The position numbers and the translations under genes are program-made. 64,000 nt of DNA from a virus (taxonomy: Duplodnaviria; Heunggongvirae; Uroviricota; Caudoviricetes). The notes below the pieces were generated by a model. That model worked only from the letters and a program-made list of their open reading frames with translations. It was not told the DNA's origin and did not search any database. The stretch lies in IMG/VR virus record IMGVR_UViG_3300047323_000678; one strand, written 5' to 3'. Of the stretch, positions 47,345 to 57,452 are shown piece after piece; position 1 is the first letter of the stretch; each line of letters opens with the position of its first letter.

Positions 47345-47530
47345 ATGGATGGCTATAATTTTGCTCTAAAAAAGCTTAAAAAGGGTATGTGTGTAAAATG
47401 TTTGGTTGCCAATAGTGTAGGTCCAGATAATCATGATGATGGGTTGAGAGATGCATGCCAGGACTTTTCTCGTTTTTATTATAATAAACAAAAAAAGGAT
47501 TGCACCAAAATAATGACATGTAAACATTGA
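47345..47530 (+). CDS. Small Cys-containing hypothetical protein
   Basis: 61-aa ORF. Confidence 0.4.
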   Translation: MDGYNFALKKLKKGMCVKCLVANSVGPDNHDDGLRDACQDFSRFYYNKQKKDCTKIMTCKH

Positions 47531-47781
47531 TATATATGCTAAAAAGAATTTTTAAAATTATAAATTTTATTATTTTCATCATTGGTTGCCATACAATAGG
47601 TGGATTTATTGGCACTTCTTTTGCCTATTATAAGCACAATAATGAGCCAATTAAAAATAATGATTATAAAAAACAGATTAATGCATGCATGAAATATTTC
47701 TCAATAGATAAAAATAAGGTTGATTCTAAATTAAAGTGTATTGAGTTAAAAGATTATTCTTCAACCAAGTATTCAACATAA
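47527..47781 (+). CDS. Small membrane-anchored protein
   Basis: N-terminal TM. Confidence 0.45.
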   Translation: MIYMLKRIFKIINFIIFIIGCHTIGGFIGTSFAYYKHNNEPIKNNDYKKQINACMKYFSIDKNKVDSKLKCIELKDYSSTKYST

Positions 47782-47820
47782 AAAAGCAGACTTTAAAATC
47801 TGCTTTTTTTATTTTACAAA

Positions 47821-48864
47821 TCACATTTTTATTTTAGATTTATTATTAAATCTTTCCAACTTATATTTATCTAAACATTGAAGTATAAATTGGTCATCAT
47901 TATGAAGCACTATTTGATTAAAATGCTTAGTAGAAGCAATAAATTTTTTCGTTAATGGAGTATCAGGAATTGGTAAAATTCCTCGCCTTCTTAATAACAT
48001 ATCAACTTTTTGCAATGGTTGAATAGGTGCATAAAACATTAATCCAATATCTTGACCATCTTTGTTTGTATATTTAGCATAATCATTAAAACAGTCTGCC
48101 AACATCTCTAATCCTTTAGATGTTAGTTTTCTTTGAATAATTGATTCAGAAGCAATTTTTTCAGCTTTGACTAATTCTCCATTAATATTTTTTTCAATAA
48201 AGTAAATATTAATGTCAATAGGATTATTATTGTCCACATTATCTAAAGTATCTGCTGTTTTTCGTGCTTCAAATAAGTAATAATATTGGAGTTTATTTTG
48301 TAAATTTTCAAATTCATCAAAATTAGCAAGATTAGATTTAATAGGCAATTTAATTTCATCTAAAAAATCTTCATCACAAATTAAATTTGGAATATTTAAA
48401 TATTTATCTTCTTGCCCAACAAAATCAGCCCTGGTTCTATTCGGTAAAGTTTCTTCTTTATAGATGCGCAAAATTTTTCCGGCTAATTTGTCTGCTCGCT
48501 TATTAGTTTTTCGTGGAAGATGTACAAAAAGAATATTATCAAATTGAGTTTTTAATTCAAAAATTTCTTTTTTAAAAGGATTATTTTTATCTCCATATTC
48601 AGATAACTCATCTTTATTAAAAATATTCCTAAAACTAATATAATCAGAATAACAAACCAAATCTTTAATGCCATATTCTAAGCATTTTTTTAATCCATGA
48701 ATAAGTGCAAGAGATTCGTGATAACGAAATAGCTTAGAGTCAATAATTGGTTTAGAGAATTCAAATACACAATTGCCTGAAGGATCTAATAGGTATCCTC
48801 CAATACCTGCAATAGCTTCGTCAGGTTGGTATGCACCATCAGTATAAAGTTCGTATTGTTTCAT
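47821..48864 (-). CDS. RNase HI-like domain fused to an unknown C-terminal region
   Basis: LYTDGA, AGIGG, ESLALIHGL, CYSD, HLPRKTNKRADKLA. Confidence 0.85.
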   Translation of the reverse strand: MKQYELYTDGAYQPDEAIAGIGGYLLDPSGNCVFEFSKPIIDSKLFRYHESLALIHGLKKCLEYGIKDLVCYSDYISFRNIFNKDELSEYGDKNNPFKKEIFELKTQFDNILFVHLPRKTNKRADKLAGKILRIYKEETLPNRTRADFVGQEDKYLNIPNLICDEDFLDEIKLPIKSNLANFDEFENLQNKLQYYYLFEARKTADTLDNVDNNNPIDINIYFIEKNINGELVKAEKIASESIIQRKLTSKGLEMLADCFNDYAKYTNKDGQDIGLMFYAPIQPLQKVDMLLRRRGILPIPDTPLTKKFIASTKHFNQIVLHNDDQFILQCLDKYKLERFNNKSKIKM

Positions 48865-48972
48865 ATGCTTTTTAAATAATATTTATAGTAATTATAACAT
48901 ATTTATTGTTAATTTAAATTGGCATAACTATAAATTTGAGTTAAAATGAAGCGTCAACAATAGGAGGAAAAT

Positions 48973-49224
48973 ATGACAACTAAAAATGAAATTAGTGCAT
49001 GGTTTGATGAAGGTCTTAATAATCCAGATAAGCCAACTCATATGATTATTGTTTGTGACACTTATGACCATGAGGATTATCCTGTTTATGTGCTGCCAAC
49101 AGAAAATGTTCACCAGGTATATAAAAACAAGGATGGAAATAATATGCAGCGTGTTACGGAAGTATATAAGCTGACAGAAGATAAAGAAAAACAAATCAAT
49201 CAATCTCGTTGCTTTAACTTTTAA
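48973..49224 (+). CDS. Small phage-type hypothetical protein
   Basis: THMIIVCDTYDHEDYPVYV; SD AGGAGG. Confidence 0.75.
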   Translation: MTTKNEISAWFDEGLNNPDKPTHMIIVCDTYDHEDYPVYVLPTENVHQVYKNKDGNNMQRVTEVYKLTEDKEKQINQSRCFNF

Positions 49225-49262
49225 AAGGAAGCCCCTAAATGGGGCTTTTTTAATATCTTTAT

Positions 49263-50726
49263 CCTAAACGAGCGTAAAACACCGTCCTTCAGGGGGTGAT
49301 AAAAGCTCGCCAACCCAATATGGGTTGATATTTAATTATTTTAGATTAATTCAATTTAAAAGTAAATTAACACACTAGCTTATCGACAAATGTGGTTAAA
49401 TTTAATAATCTGATTAACTATGAGTAAAATTATAAAACGAGCGTATAAATTTAGGTTTTATCCACAAAAAGATTTAATTATTCTTTTGGCTAAAACCTTT
49501 GGTTGCTCTCGTTTTGTTTATAATCAGACTCTCAAATATTCTGAAGAACATTATAAAAATAAGTTTCTAGATAATCATAAATTGGTTGTTAATCCGAATT
49601 ATAAGCCATTGAGTTCTACTGATAGAATTAATTATATTAAAACTCTTAAATCTAACCATGAATATTCATGGTTGAAAGAAGTTAGTTCTATTGCTCTGCA
49701 ACAGTCTGTTATGCATCTTAATACTGCATATGATAGATTTTTTAAAGGTATTGGTGGTTTTCCCCAATATAAAAAGAAATTAAATAGAAATTCATTTACT
49801 ATTACTGGTAAAGGGTCTTTGCACTTTGATGAGAATTTTTTGAAAAATAAACATTTCTATTTACCAAAATATGCTAAACCATTAAATATCAAGTTTAGTA
49901 GAAATTTTAATCATTTGGCTGTATCTTCAGTTACTATTTCTCAGGAACCTTCAGGTAAATATTATATTTCATTTTTAGTTGAAGAATCTATTCAAGCTAA
50001 AGAAGTAAAGAATCAAAGCAATAATATTCAACAGAAAACTAGCTATGACCTAGGATTGAAAACAACAGCTAAAATATATGATGGTAATAATTTTTATGAT
50101 TTTAATTTACCTGAATTAATCAAAGCTGTTGATAAAAAATTGAGAAAAGCTCAAAGAATAATGAGTAGAAAACAAAAAGGAAGTAAAAATAGAAATAAAC
50201 AAAGAATTAAAGTAGCAAAGCTACATGAAAAAAAATTAAATATATTAACAGATAATTACCACAAATTATCCACAAAAATAATCAACGAAAACCAAGTGAT
50301 TGTTAGGGAGAATTTAGCTGTTAAAAATATGATGCAAAATCGTAAGTTAAGCAGGGCAATTCATCAAGTAGCTTGGTCTAAATTCAATAATATGATAACT
50401 TATAAAGCCCAATGGCATAATAGAGAGATTATTGAAGCAGATAGATTTTATCCAAGCTCTAAAGAATGTAATTGCTGTAAGCATATCAATCATGGATTAA
50501 GTTTAAAGCACAGAGAATGGACATGCAGTAATTGTAATGCTGTCCATGATAGAGATGAAAATGCTTGTCTAAACTTACATAGATATAAAAAAGCTACCGC
50601 AGGAACTGCGGCTAATGCTTGTGGAGGAAATGTAAGACCTAAATCTTCAAAGAAAATTATTTCTAAGAAGACGAAGGCTGTTTCCAACGAAACAAGAATC
50701 TAATCCTTTTAGGATTGGTAGTTCAA
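49263..50726 (+). mobile_element. IS200/IS605-family element carrying only tnpB (IS1341-like)
   Basis: TTTAT just before a left-end hairpin (GAGC..CACC..GGTG..GCTC); right end AATCCTTTTAGGATT..GTAGTTCAA; no tnpA; ends are inferred. Confidence 0.75.
49420..50703 (+). CDS. tnpB: RNA-guided endonuclease TnpB
   Basis: AYKFRFYP...FGCSRFVYN HTH; RuvC residues in YDLG, RENL and DRDENA; CxxC zinc finger. Confidence 0.95.
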   Translation: MSKIIKRAYKFRFYPQKDLIILLAKTFGCSRFVYNQTLKYSEEHYKNKFLDNHKLVVNPNYKPLSSTDRINYIKTLKSNHEYSWLKEVSSIALQQSVMHLNTAYDRFFKGIGGFPQYKKKLNRNSFTITGKGSLHFDENFLKNKHFYLPKYAKPLNIKFSRNFNHLAVSSVTISQEPSGKYYISFLVEESIQAKEVKNQSNNIQQKTSYDLGLKTTAKIYDGNNFYDFNLPELIKAVDKKLRKAQRIMSRKQKGSKNRNKQRIKVAKLHEKKLNILTDNYHKLSTKIINENQVIVRENLAVKNMMQNRKLSRAIHQVAWSKFNNMITYKAQWHNREIIEADRFYPSSKECNCCKHINHGLSLKHREWTCSNCNAVHDRDENACLNLHRYKKATAGTAANACGGNVRPKSSKKIISKKTKAVSNETRI

Positions 50727-50782
50727 AAATTTGATCTTTAATAAAATCCATTGTAAATTACATTTTTAAAATGTGAGAAAAA

Positions 50783-51826
50783 ATGGATTTTATAGATAAA
50801 TTAGAAAAATTTTTGTTAAGACCAAGAGCTAAAGTATATCATGGTGGTTCTAGATATTCTGGAAGTGATAAAGTCTTTTTTGATTTAGGTTGTTATCGTG
50901 GTAATTATGGTAGACAGGACAAAGAAAAAAAGAAAGATGGAATTATCTCTATGATGAAAAAACTAAGAGATAATAATTATAAACATCCAGAATACACTGA
51001 TTTTCATTTGGACTTAATAGGTTGGGATTATTTTGATGATATATTAGCTTTAGAGCCAACAAATGAAGATTTATTTAATTTATATAAAATAACAGGCTAT
51101 GGTAAAGATAATAAATTAAGTACCTTTCTCAATATTGTAAAAGATAAAGATTGGAAATTAAAGTTTTTTAAATATGGGCATGATTATAATTTAGATTGGC
51201 ATACAAATAATGCATTTAGAAACTTCGTAAGTTATTTAAAAGATTTAGATTTAAATGATGATGAATGGATAAATGCACTAACTGAGCATATTAATAATTC
51301 TATAGAGATCTTGAAAAGAGAAGAAATAGAAACCTTAATAGAAGTTTCTATAGAATGTATAAAAGATAATAAAAAATGTGAAGAATTTGTTAAAAAAATG
51401 TTTAACAAAGAAATAAAGCTTTCTAATTTATTTATAGAAAATAAAGTTAGCCAATTAAAAATTGATTCAAAAAGTATTATTAAACACTTTGACTACAATA
51501 GTGATTTGCAAGTTAAGGCTGCATTTAGTGGATTATATGAAATATTAAAATTCAATATAAAAGATATTCCATATACCTCCAAAATTGAATTCTATAATAT
51601 TGAAACTGAATACAATTTCATTTTATATGAGGAACAAGATAATAAAGGATTAGAAGTCCTTAAACTCTTAATTAATGAGATGATGCCAGCTTTAAGAGGG
51701 GCTAAAGTAAGTTCTCAAGAAGTAATCGATGATCTTAATGAATATTTTGTCAAAAAACTTTCATATGTAACTCTATCATTAAATATGAATACCAATCAGA
51801 AGAAAGAAAAAATAGTTAAGCTATAA
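50783..51826 (+). CDS. Hypothetical protein with the C-terminal basic tag
   Basis: Ends LSLNMNTNQKKEKIVKL. Confidence 0.75.
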   Translation: MDFIDKLEKFLLRPRAKVYHGGSRYSGSDKVFFDLGCYRGNYGRQDKEKKKDGIISMMKKLRDNNYKHPEYTDFHLDLIGWDYFDDILALEPTNEDLFNLYKITGYGKDNKLSTFLNIVKDKDWKLKFFKYGHDYNLDWHTNNAFRNFVSYLKDLDLNDDEWINALTEHINNSIEILKREEIETLIEVSIECIKDNKKCEEFVKKMFNKEIKLSNLFIENKVSQLKIDSKSIIKHFDYNSDLQVKAAFSGLYEILKFNIKDIPYTSKIEFYNIETEYNFILYEEQDNKGLEVLKLLINEMMPALRGAKVSSQEVIDDLNEYFVKKLSYVTLSLNMNTNQKKEKIVKL

Positions 51827-51857
51827 ATAAAAAGCCACATCAAGTGGCTTTTTTTAA

Positions 51858-52481
51858 TTACATTAGATTACCTTGTAGGTCAAAAACATTTAAAGCTCCA
51901 GTAATCATATTATCAGATTCGTTCCTACTAAATTTAAGCTTACAATTAATTGGAACTTCTTCAATTTGAACATTTGAATCGCTATTTCCATCTTCAGCTT
52001 CTACAGCTTTTTCTATAGACTCAAAAATACCTAAAATATTATAATCTTCTGGTGTTCGCTGAACTACAACAAACATCGTTTTGACTTTTTTAGCTTTTTT
52101 AACTGGAGTTTTGATTTTATCAATATAAAGACCAATTAAATCTTGATTAGTTTCATAGTAATTGGAAGTTAAACAATATTTTTGGCCAGTATCTACATCT
52201 GTAAAGTAAGTGTCATAATGGCTCCAGGCTTTACCTTCACAATAATCATCGTGAATTTTTTCTGATTTAGTAACTTGAAGATTGAAAGTTTTGGCTTCAA
52301 AATTTTCAAATTTTGGAATGGTTAAAGTAAGTTGGCAGTTACCTGGGTCATGCATCAGATCATTCATTTGATCTAGAAATTCTTCTTCATCGGTATCATT
52401 TTCAAAAAGCCCATCTTTAAGAGTTGGTGACTCTTCAATATCATCATACATATAAGGCAAAACTTCATCCAAAGTATACAT
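51858..52481 (-). CDS. Acidic hypothetical protein
   Basis: 207 aa; SD GGAGAG. Confidence 0.7.
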   Translation of the reverse strand: MYTLDEVLPYMYDDIEESPTLKDGLFENDTDEEEFLDQMNDLMHDPGNCQLTLTIPKFENFEAKTFNLQVTKSEKIHDDYCEGKAWSHYDTYFTDVDTGQKYCLTSNYYETNQDLIGLYIDKIKTPVKKAKKVKTMFVVVQRTPEDYNILGIFESIEKAVEAEDGNSDSNVQIEEVPINCKLKFSRNESDNMITGALNVFDLQGNLM

Positions 52482-52521
52482 AATCTCTCCAATATAAAGA
52501 TAAGATTATATCATAAAATCA

Positions 52522-53658
52522 TTATACTTTCATTACCTTTTTCTTTTGAATGGGAGTATTTTTAGGAAGATCTTGAATTAACTCTTCATGTAAATTATGT
52601 TTTTCAACAACTTTTTTAAAAAATTCATTAAATTCTTTATCACCTTCCATAATATTTTTCTCAATATGATTTGGGATTAAATTTTGTTTTTTCATTTCTA
52701 GAATAAGCTCTTTTAATGCTTCGTGACCTTCAGGATAATAAGAAAATGAATACTTTACTAAATCAAAAGCATGATATTCTTCAAACATTAATGTATATTG
52801 GTTTAATCCTTTAAGTATTTCATTAGTATTTTTTGCATCAAACCCAGATAAAATACTAAAGTTTAAAGGATGACAGTTATCTAAGGTTTTTTTATATTTT
52901 TCTAAACAAAATTTATAAAGAACCTTTTTTTCTTTAATTTCTTCATTGATAGAATCCAGATAATCAAGTCGGATTTTTTTTGATAAATGTTCTGCATCAT
53001 AATCATATAAATCAAACATAGAGTTTTTCTTTAAAGAACCATATTTAGAATTAAAAATATTAAGAACTTTTGTAGTATGAGCTTCAAAATCTTTTTGATG
53101 GTTTTTTAAAATAAAGTTTTTAGATTCTTCTAAATATTTTAGTGCTAGTTGATTTAAAGTCTCACGATCAGTTACAGAAAGATGAAATTTTTTTGCGTAA
53201 CCTGGATATTTCGTATGATCTAAAATTAACTCTTCAGCTTTATCTGAAAATTTTGGATTATAAAACTGTAATGATACAAACTCTAATTTTATTGATTCAA
53301 GTTCTATTTTTTTCTCACTATGCAAATTTGTATCATCTAAAGAATTATAGAAATCATTAAATTTATCTAAATCAGTTATTTCTTTAGGGTGTTTCTCTTT
53401 AAATATACTAAGGAATTTTTCAAAAACTTTAGTAGTATTAGGAGTATTTTTTCTTTTAAGTTTTAATGCTTCTTCTATTTCTTTTCTAGCAGTATTTGCT
53501 TGTAATTCCCATACTTTTTTAAGATATTTTTTCTCTAAAGAAGAATTATGATTGGTTTCATCAATCTTAAAATTTGTTGCCATTTCTTTTAGTTCTTCTA
53601 AAAAAGAAATAAGCTCTTTGATATACTTAAGATTAATTGCTGATTCTTTTAAATCCAT
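52522..53658 (-). CDS. Helical hypothetical protein with the C-terminal basic tag
   Basis: Ends NLHEELIQDLPKNTPIQKKKVMKV. Confidence 0.75.
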   Translation of the reverse strand: MDLKESAINLKYIKELISFLEELKEMATNFKIDETNHNSSLEKKYLKKVWELQANTARKEIEEALKLKRKNTPNTTKVFEKFLSIFKEKHPKEITDLDKFNDFYNSLDDTNLHSEKKIELESIKLEFVSLQFYNPKFSDKAEELILDHTKYPGYAKKFHLSVTDRETLNQLALKYLEESKNFILKNHQKDFEAHTTKVLNIFNSKYGSLKKNSMFDLYDYDAEHLSKKIRLDYLDSINEEIKEKKVLYKFCLEKYKKTLDNCHPLNFSILSGFDAKNTNEILKGLNQYTLMFEEYHAFDLVKYSFSYYPEGHEALKELILEMKKQNLIPNHIEKNIMEGDKEFNEFFKKVVEKHNLHEELIQDLPKNTPIQKKKVMKV

Positions 53659-53786
53659 ATTTGTCCAATAAATTCTTTTAATAATAATATTGTAGACGAT
53701 TAGAATAAAATAACAAGAAAAAGTATCTGCTTCTTTCAACTGGTGTTATAATACAAAAATCAGCTAAACACTTAAGAGAGTACTTA

Positions 53787-54482
53787 ATGAAGAAAATTAA
53801 AACTGTTTTTAAAATTAACCGTGAAACTGGTATGGCTACCACTGAAGTAATGCCAGGTGCCCAATGGGTAATTAATGGTGAGGGAACTGCAACTCTGAAA
53901 GTTGATGGTTCAGCCAGTATGGTTAAAGATGGTATTCTTTATAAGCGTTTTGACCGCAGGCTAAAATCTGAATATACCAAAAAGCTGCGTGCTTTAGGTA
54001 GCGAATTTCAAGTTACCGAAGATATGTTTAATATTTTGCCAGCAAATGCAATTCCTTGCGAAGAAAAACCTGATCCAGTGACTTACCATCATCCGCATTG
54101 GGTTCCGATTGATAAAAACAAACCAGAAGATGCTTTCCATGTTAAAGCATGGGAAGCTGCTGGTGGTAATTTGGAAGATGGCACCTATGAGCTAATTGGT
54201 CCTAAAATCAATAACAATCCATATAAATTGGAAGAATATAAGTTGGTTAAGCATGGTGCCGAAGTCTTGAATATTCCTGACCGTAGCTTTGAAGGCTTGA
54301 AAGCATTTTTGGAAAGCCTGAATGGTGAGGGTGTTGTTTTTCACCATCTCAATGGTGAAATGTTCAAAATCCGCAGGAAAGATATGTGTAATAAAGAAAG
54401 TAAACTTTTTGTTCTGCCTGATGGTAGTTTTTATCATTATGTCCCTGATGTAAGGGATACTAGGAATAAGGTTAAACCGTAA
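53787..54482 (+). CDS. ATP-dependent RNA ligase-like protein (DUF5565/RLIG1-like)
   Basis: Motif I KVDG, GTYELIGPKIN, EGVVFH, KIRRKD. Confidence 0.7.
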   Translation: MKKIKTVFKINRETGMATTEVMPGAQWVINGEGTATLKVDGSASMVKDGILYKRFDRRLKSEYTKKLRALGSEFQVTEDMFNILPANAIPCEEKPDPVTYHHPHWVPIDKNKPEDAFHVKAWEAAGGNLEDGTYELIGPKINNNPYKLEEYKLVKHGAEVLNIPDRSFEGLKAFLESLNGEGVVFHHLNGEMFKIRRKDMCNKESKLFVLPDGSFYHYVPDVRDTRNKVKP

Positions 54483-54589
54483 AACTATGAAAAATGTAAA
54501 AGAAGTTAGACTTTACATTTTTTAACTAAATATATATATTGATTTTTTCCAAATAAATGTTATCCTTGCTTCATTGTAAGGATAACATT

Positions 54590-55783
54590 ATGCATTTATA
54601 TTTCACCGAAGGAGTTTTTGAGTTTTACGATAAAAATGTAAAACGAATGATTAAGACTAAAAATACAATTCCTTTTATTATTAATCAGGATGGCAAGTTA
54701 ATAGATGAAGTAAATGACTATCTATTATATAAAACAGAATATGATTGGAATCCACAATCAAATAGTCCTAGAACGAATGCAGAACATTTGTTGCACTTTT
54801 TAGATTTCTGTTTATACACAATTGATGTTGATTGGATAAATATATCTTCAACAGAAATTAATCAATATATCCTTTACATGACTAATAATGGTAATTCAGA
54901 AAATACCATTAAATGTAGAATTATCGCTATTTCTTCCCTATTTAAATGGCTATTTGATAAATCCTATATCAATCAAAATCCATTTAATTCATTTTCTAAT
55001 AAAATTGTTAAAAGGAATATTAAAACCTTTATCAATAATGGAGGAACTAAAAGTTTTAATGTTTCTTCTGTGAAATCAAAAATTATTAAAGATGCTTACG
55101 AAGAAGAAATTCCTACAGTTATAGAAATGAAAGATTTTTATAATTGTTTATCATATGAAGATAAATTAATGGCTTTAGTATTAATTGAGACTGGTATAAG
55201 AAAAGAAGAGCTTATTCAGTTAACTACAGGAATGTTACACTCAATGCGTGAGAGTCATACAGGTAAATCTTATCAAATGTTTTTGGATGCTAGCAAAATA
55301 AGGATTAAATATAACAGAAGTAGAAATATTGTTATTAGTAAAGAATTAAGAACACAATTAGTAAAACATATTTTAAGTAAAGAATATCAAAAAAGATTAA
55401 ATAAATATAAAGCTCATCATACTAATAAAGATGATTTGATATTTATTAGTTTACGAGGTAATGAGTATTCACCAGATAAATTAAATAAAGCTTTTGATAA
55501 AGCTTGTAAAGAATCTGGTTACTTCAAAAAACATCAAAAATCTATTACTCCACATACTTTACGACATTTCTTTGCTTCCAACTTCATTAGAAGAAAGGAG
55601 CAAGATGGAACAGATATGGAAAGTGCATATATGTATTTAAGTCAAAGATTGGGACATTCTACTCCTGATGTCACAAAAGCGTTTTATGTAAAAATAATTA
55701 ATAAAGCTAAGCAATTAGAGGATTTAGAAAGATATTCTGAAGACTTTATTAGTGATTTCTTAGGGGCTGCTCATGAGGCTTGA
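54590..55783 (+). CDS. Tyrosine recombinase
   Basis: ETGIRKEEL, HTLRH, LGHS, FY catalytic set. Confidence 0.93.
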   Translation: MHLYFTEGVFEFYDKNVKRMIKTKNTIPFIINQDGKLIDEVNDYLLYKTEYDWNPQSNSPRTNAEHLLHFLDFCLYTIDVDWINISSTEINQYILYMTNNGNSENTIKCRIIAISSLFKWLFDKSYINQNPFNSFSNKIVKRNIKTFINNGGTKSFNVSSVKSKIIKDAYEEEIPTVIEMKDFYNCLSYEDKLMALVLIETGIRKEELIQLTTGMLHSMRESHTGKSYQMFLDASKIRIKYNRSRNIVISKELRTQLVKHILSKEYQKRLNKYKAHHTNKDDLIFISLRGNEYSPDKLNKAFDKACKESGYFKKHQKSITPHTLRHFFASNFIRRKEQDGTDMESAYMYLSQRLGHSTPDVTKAFYVKIINKAKQLEDLERYSEDFISDFLGAAHEA

Positions 55784-57452
55784 TAATAGAAGAAGATTAA
55801 AGAAAAAAGATAATATCATTGATTTCAATTTAGCTTTATTAAATCCTAAATATGATAATTCTGAAATGTCTTATGGAGATAAGTCTTGGATTATAGAACC
55901 AGAGAATAGCTCTTTAACTAAAATTAACTTGTATAAAATTTTTGCTGAAGAAGACTTTAGATACTATATTCATGATTTAAAAAATTTGCGCTTTTACTTC
56001 ATTAGTGAGAAGTCTAACCAAGCTCATAGAACTCTAGAAGAAATGAGCTTTAACCTAAAATATTTTTATCAATATTTAAAAGTAAAAGAACAATATTTGC
56101 ATTTACACGAAATTGGTTTTAATGAATTATTAGAGTATTCTAATTTTTTAAAATTAAATAATTCAAAAAAATCGGATAGAAAATTCGCTGATATCAAAAA
56201 AGTATTAATTGGTCTACATCATTACTCATTAGAAGTTCATGAAGATATAAAAAATAATAATTTTCCATTAGTAAAATTCCAATCAAATGCGGATAAAAAA
56301 GAGGAATTTTATACAAAAGATGAATATGTAAATTTATCTAAAATGATTGTCGAAATTATTAATGATTATTTTAATGATAATGTGCCAGAACATTTATTTG
56401 TTAAAGCCTCATTTTGGTTAATGGCTTTCTGCACTGGTTTTAATATGACAGGGGTTCAAAGTTTAAAAGGTGAATCATTTTCTATTATTGAGGAAGATAA
56501 GAATAGTGTTACTTATTTAATAATTGGTGAAAAAAATAGAAATAATGATGGATTTCAAAAGGCTGTTATTAAGCTAAACAAGTCTGAAGAATATTCTAAA
56601 ATCTTTATCAAAACTTTAAATAAATTAAAGGATTTAAGTAAAGAGATTTCTTCTATAAGTAAATCATTTGATAAAGATTTTTTATTTCTTGCTTATAGAC
56701 CAAACTGGAAAACACAAGAGCGCACAAAACAGTATTTTAGATATAATGGTGAATGGTTTAGCCATAATGTTATTGCAAAAAAATACTTTAAGAAACACAA
56801 CACAGAACATTTATTTTTATCAGCTAGAAAAATAAGGAATCAGTATTCATTAGAATTCTTTAACTTAAGTAAAAGTGAAGAATTTGTAGCAAAAGTAATG
56901 AATCACAGTAATGTAAAAACAACGATTGAACATTACATGAAATTTAAGCTTTCTGATGAGACAGTAGTTAAATTTCAATTATTTCAAGAATTGTTACTAA
57001 AGTTTTCTAATAGTGTAGAAATAGATTGGTCTTTATACCAAAAATCATTAGGTATTCAAAATCGCTCATTAGAAGATTTAATGAAAGATTTATCTACAGG
57101 TGTCCTAGATACACCAATGGGAAATTGTTCTAATAAAAAAGACGAACAAGGTAATATTTGTGACAGCTATATCAAATGTTTTAGCTGCAAAAATTATTCG
57201 TTAATTTCAGATAAAGATTTATGGAAAATATATTCATTTAAAGAGTCCTTGGAAGAAACCAAAAAAGATTCAGAATATTACAAAGAGCATTATAAACCTA
57301 TCATAGAAAGCATTAATAATTTTATATCAAATATTGATAAAACTTATTTATTAAATTTAAGAAAAAAATACAAAGAAAATGGAAAGCACCCATTTTGGAG
57401 AAACCCAATAATGTTAAAACAAATAACAACAGAATATGAGGCAAATATATGA
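55773..57452 (+). CDS. Degenerate tyrosine-recombinase-fold protein with a C-terminal Cys cluster
   Basis: CTGFN (R replaced by N), RKIRN, MNHS..TTIEHY; C..C..CFSC. Confidence 0.75.
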   Translation: MRLDNRRRLKKKDNIIDFNLALLNPKYDNSEMSYGDKSWIIEPENSSLTKINLYKIFAEEDFRYYIHDLKNLRFYFISEKSNQAHRTLEEMSFNLKYFYQYLKVKEQYLHLHEIGFNELLEYSNFLKLNNSKKSDRKFADIKKVLIGLHHYSLEVHEDIKNNNFPLVKFQSNADKKEEFYTKDEYVNLSKMIVEIINDYFNDNVPEHLFVKASFWLMAFCTGFNMTGVQSLKGESFSIIEEDKNSVTYLIIGEKNRNNDGFQKAVIKLNKSEEYSKIFIKTLNKLKDLSKEISSISKSFDKDFLFLAYRPNWKTQERTKQYFRYNGEWFSHNVIAKKYFKKHNTEHLFLSARKIRNQYSLEFFNLSKSEEFVAKVMNHSNVKTTIEHYMKFKLSDETVVKFQLFQELLLKFSNSVEIDWSLYQKSLGIQNRSLEDLMKDLSTGVLDTPMGNCSNKKDEQGNICDSYIKCFSCKNYSLISDKDLWKIYSFKESLEETKKDSEYYKEHYKPIIESINNFISNIDKTYLLNLRKKYKENGKHPFWRNPIMLKQITTEYEANI

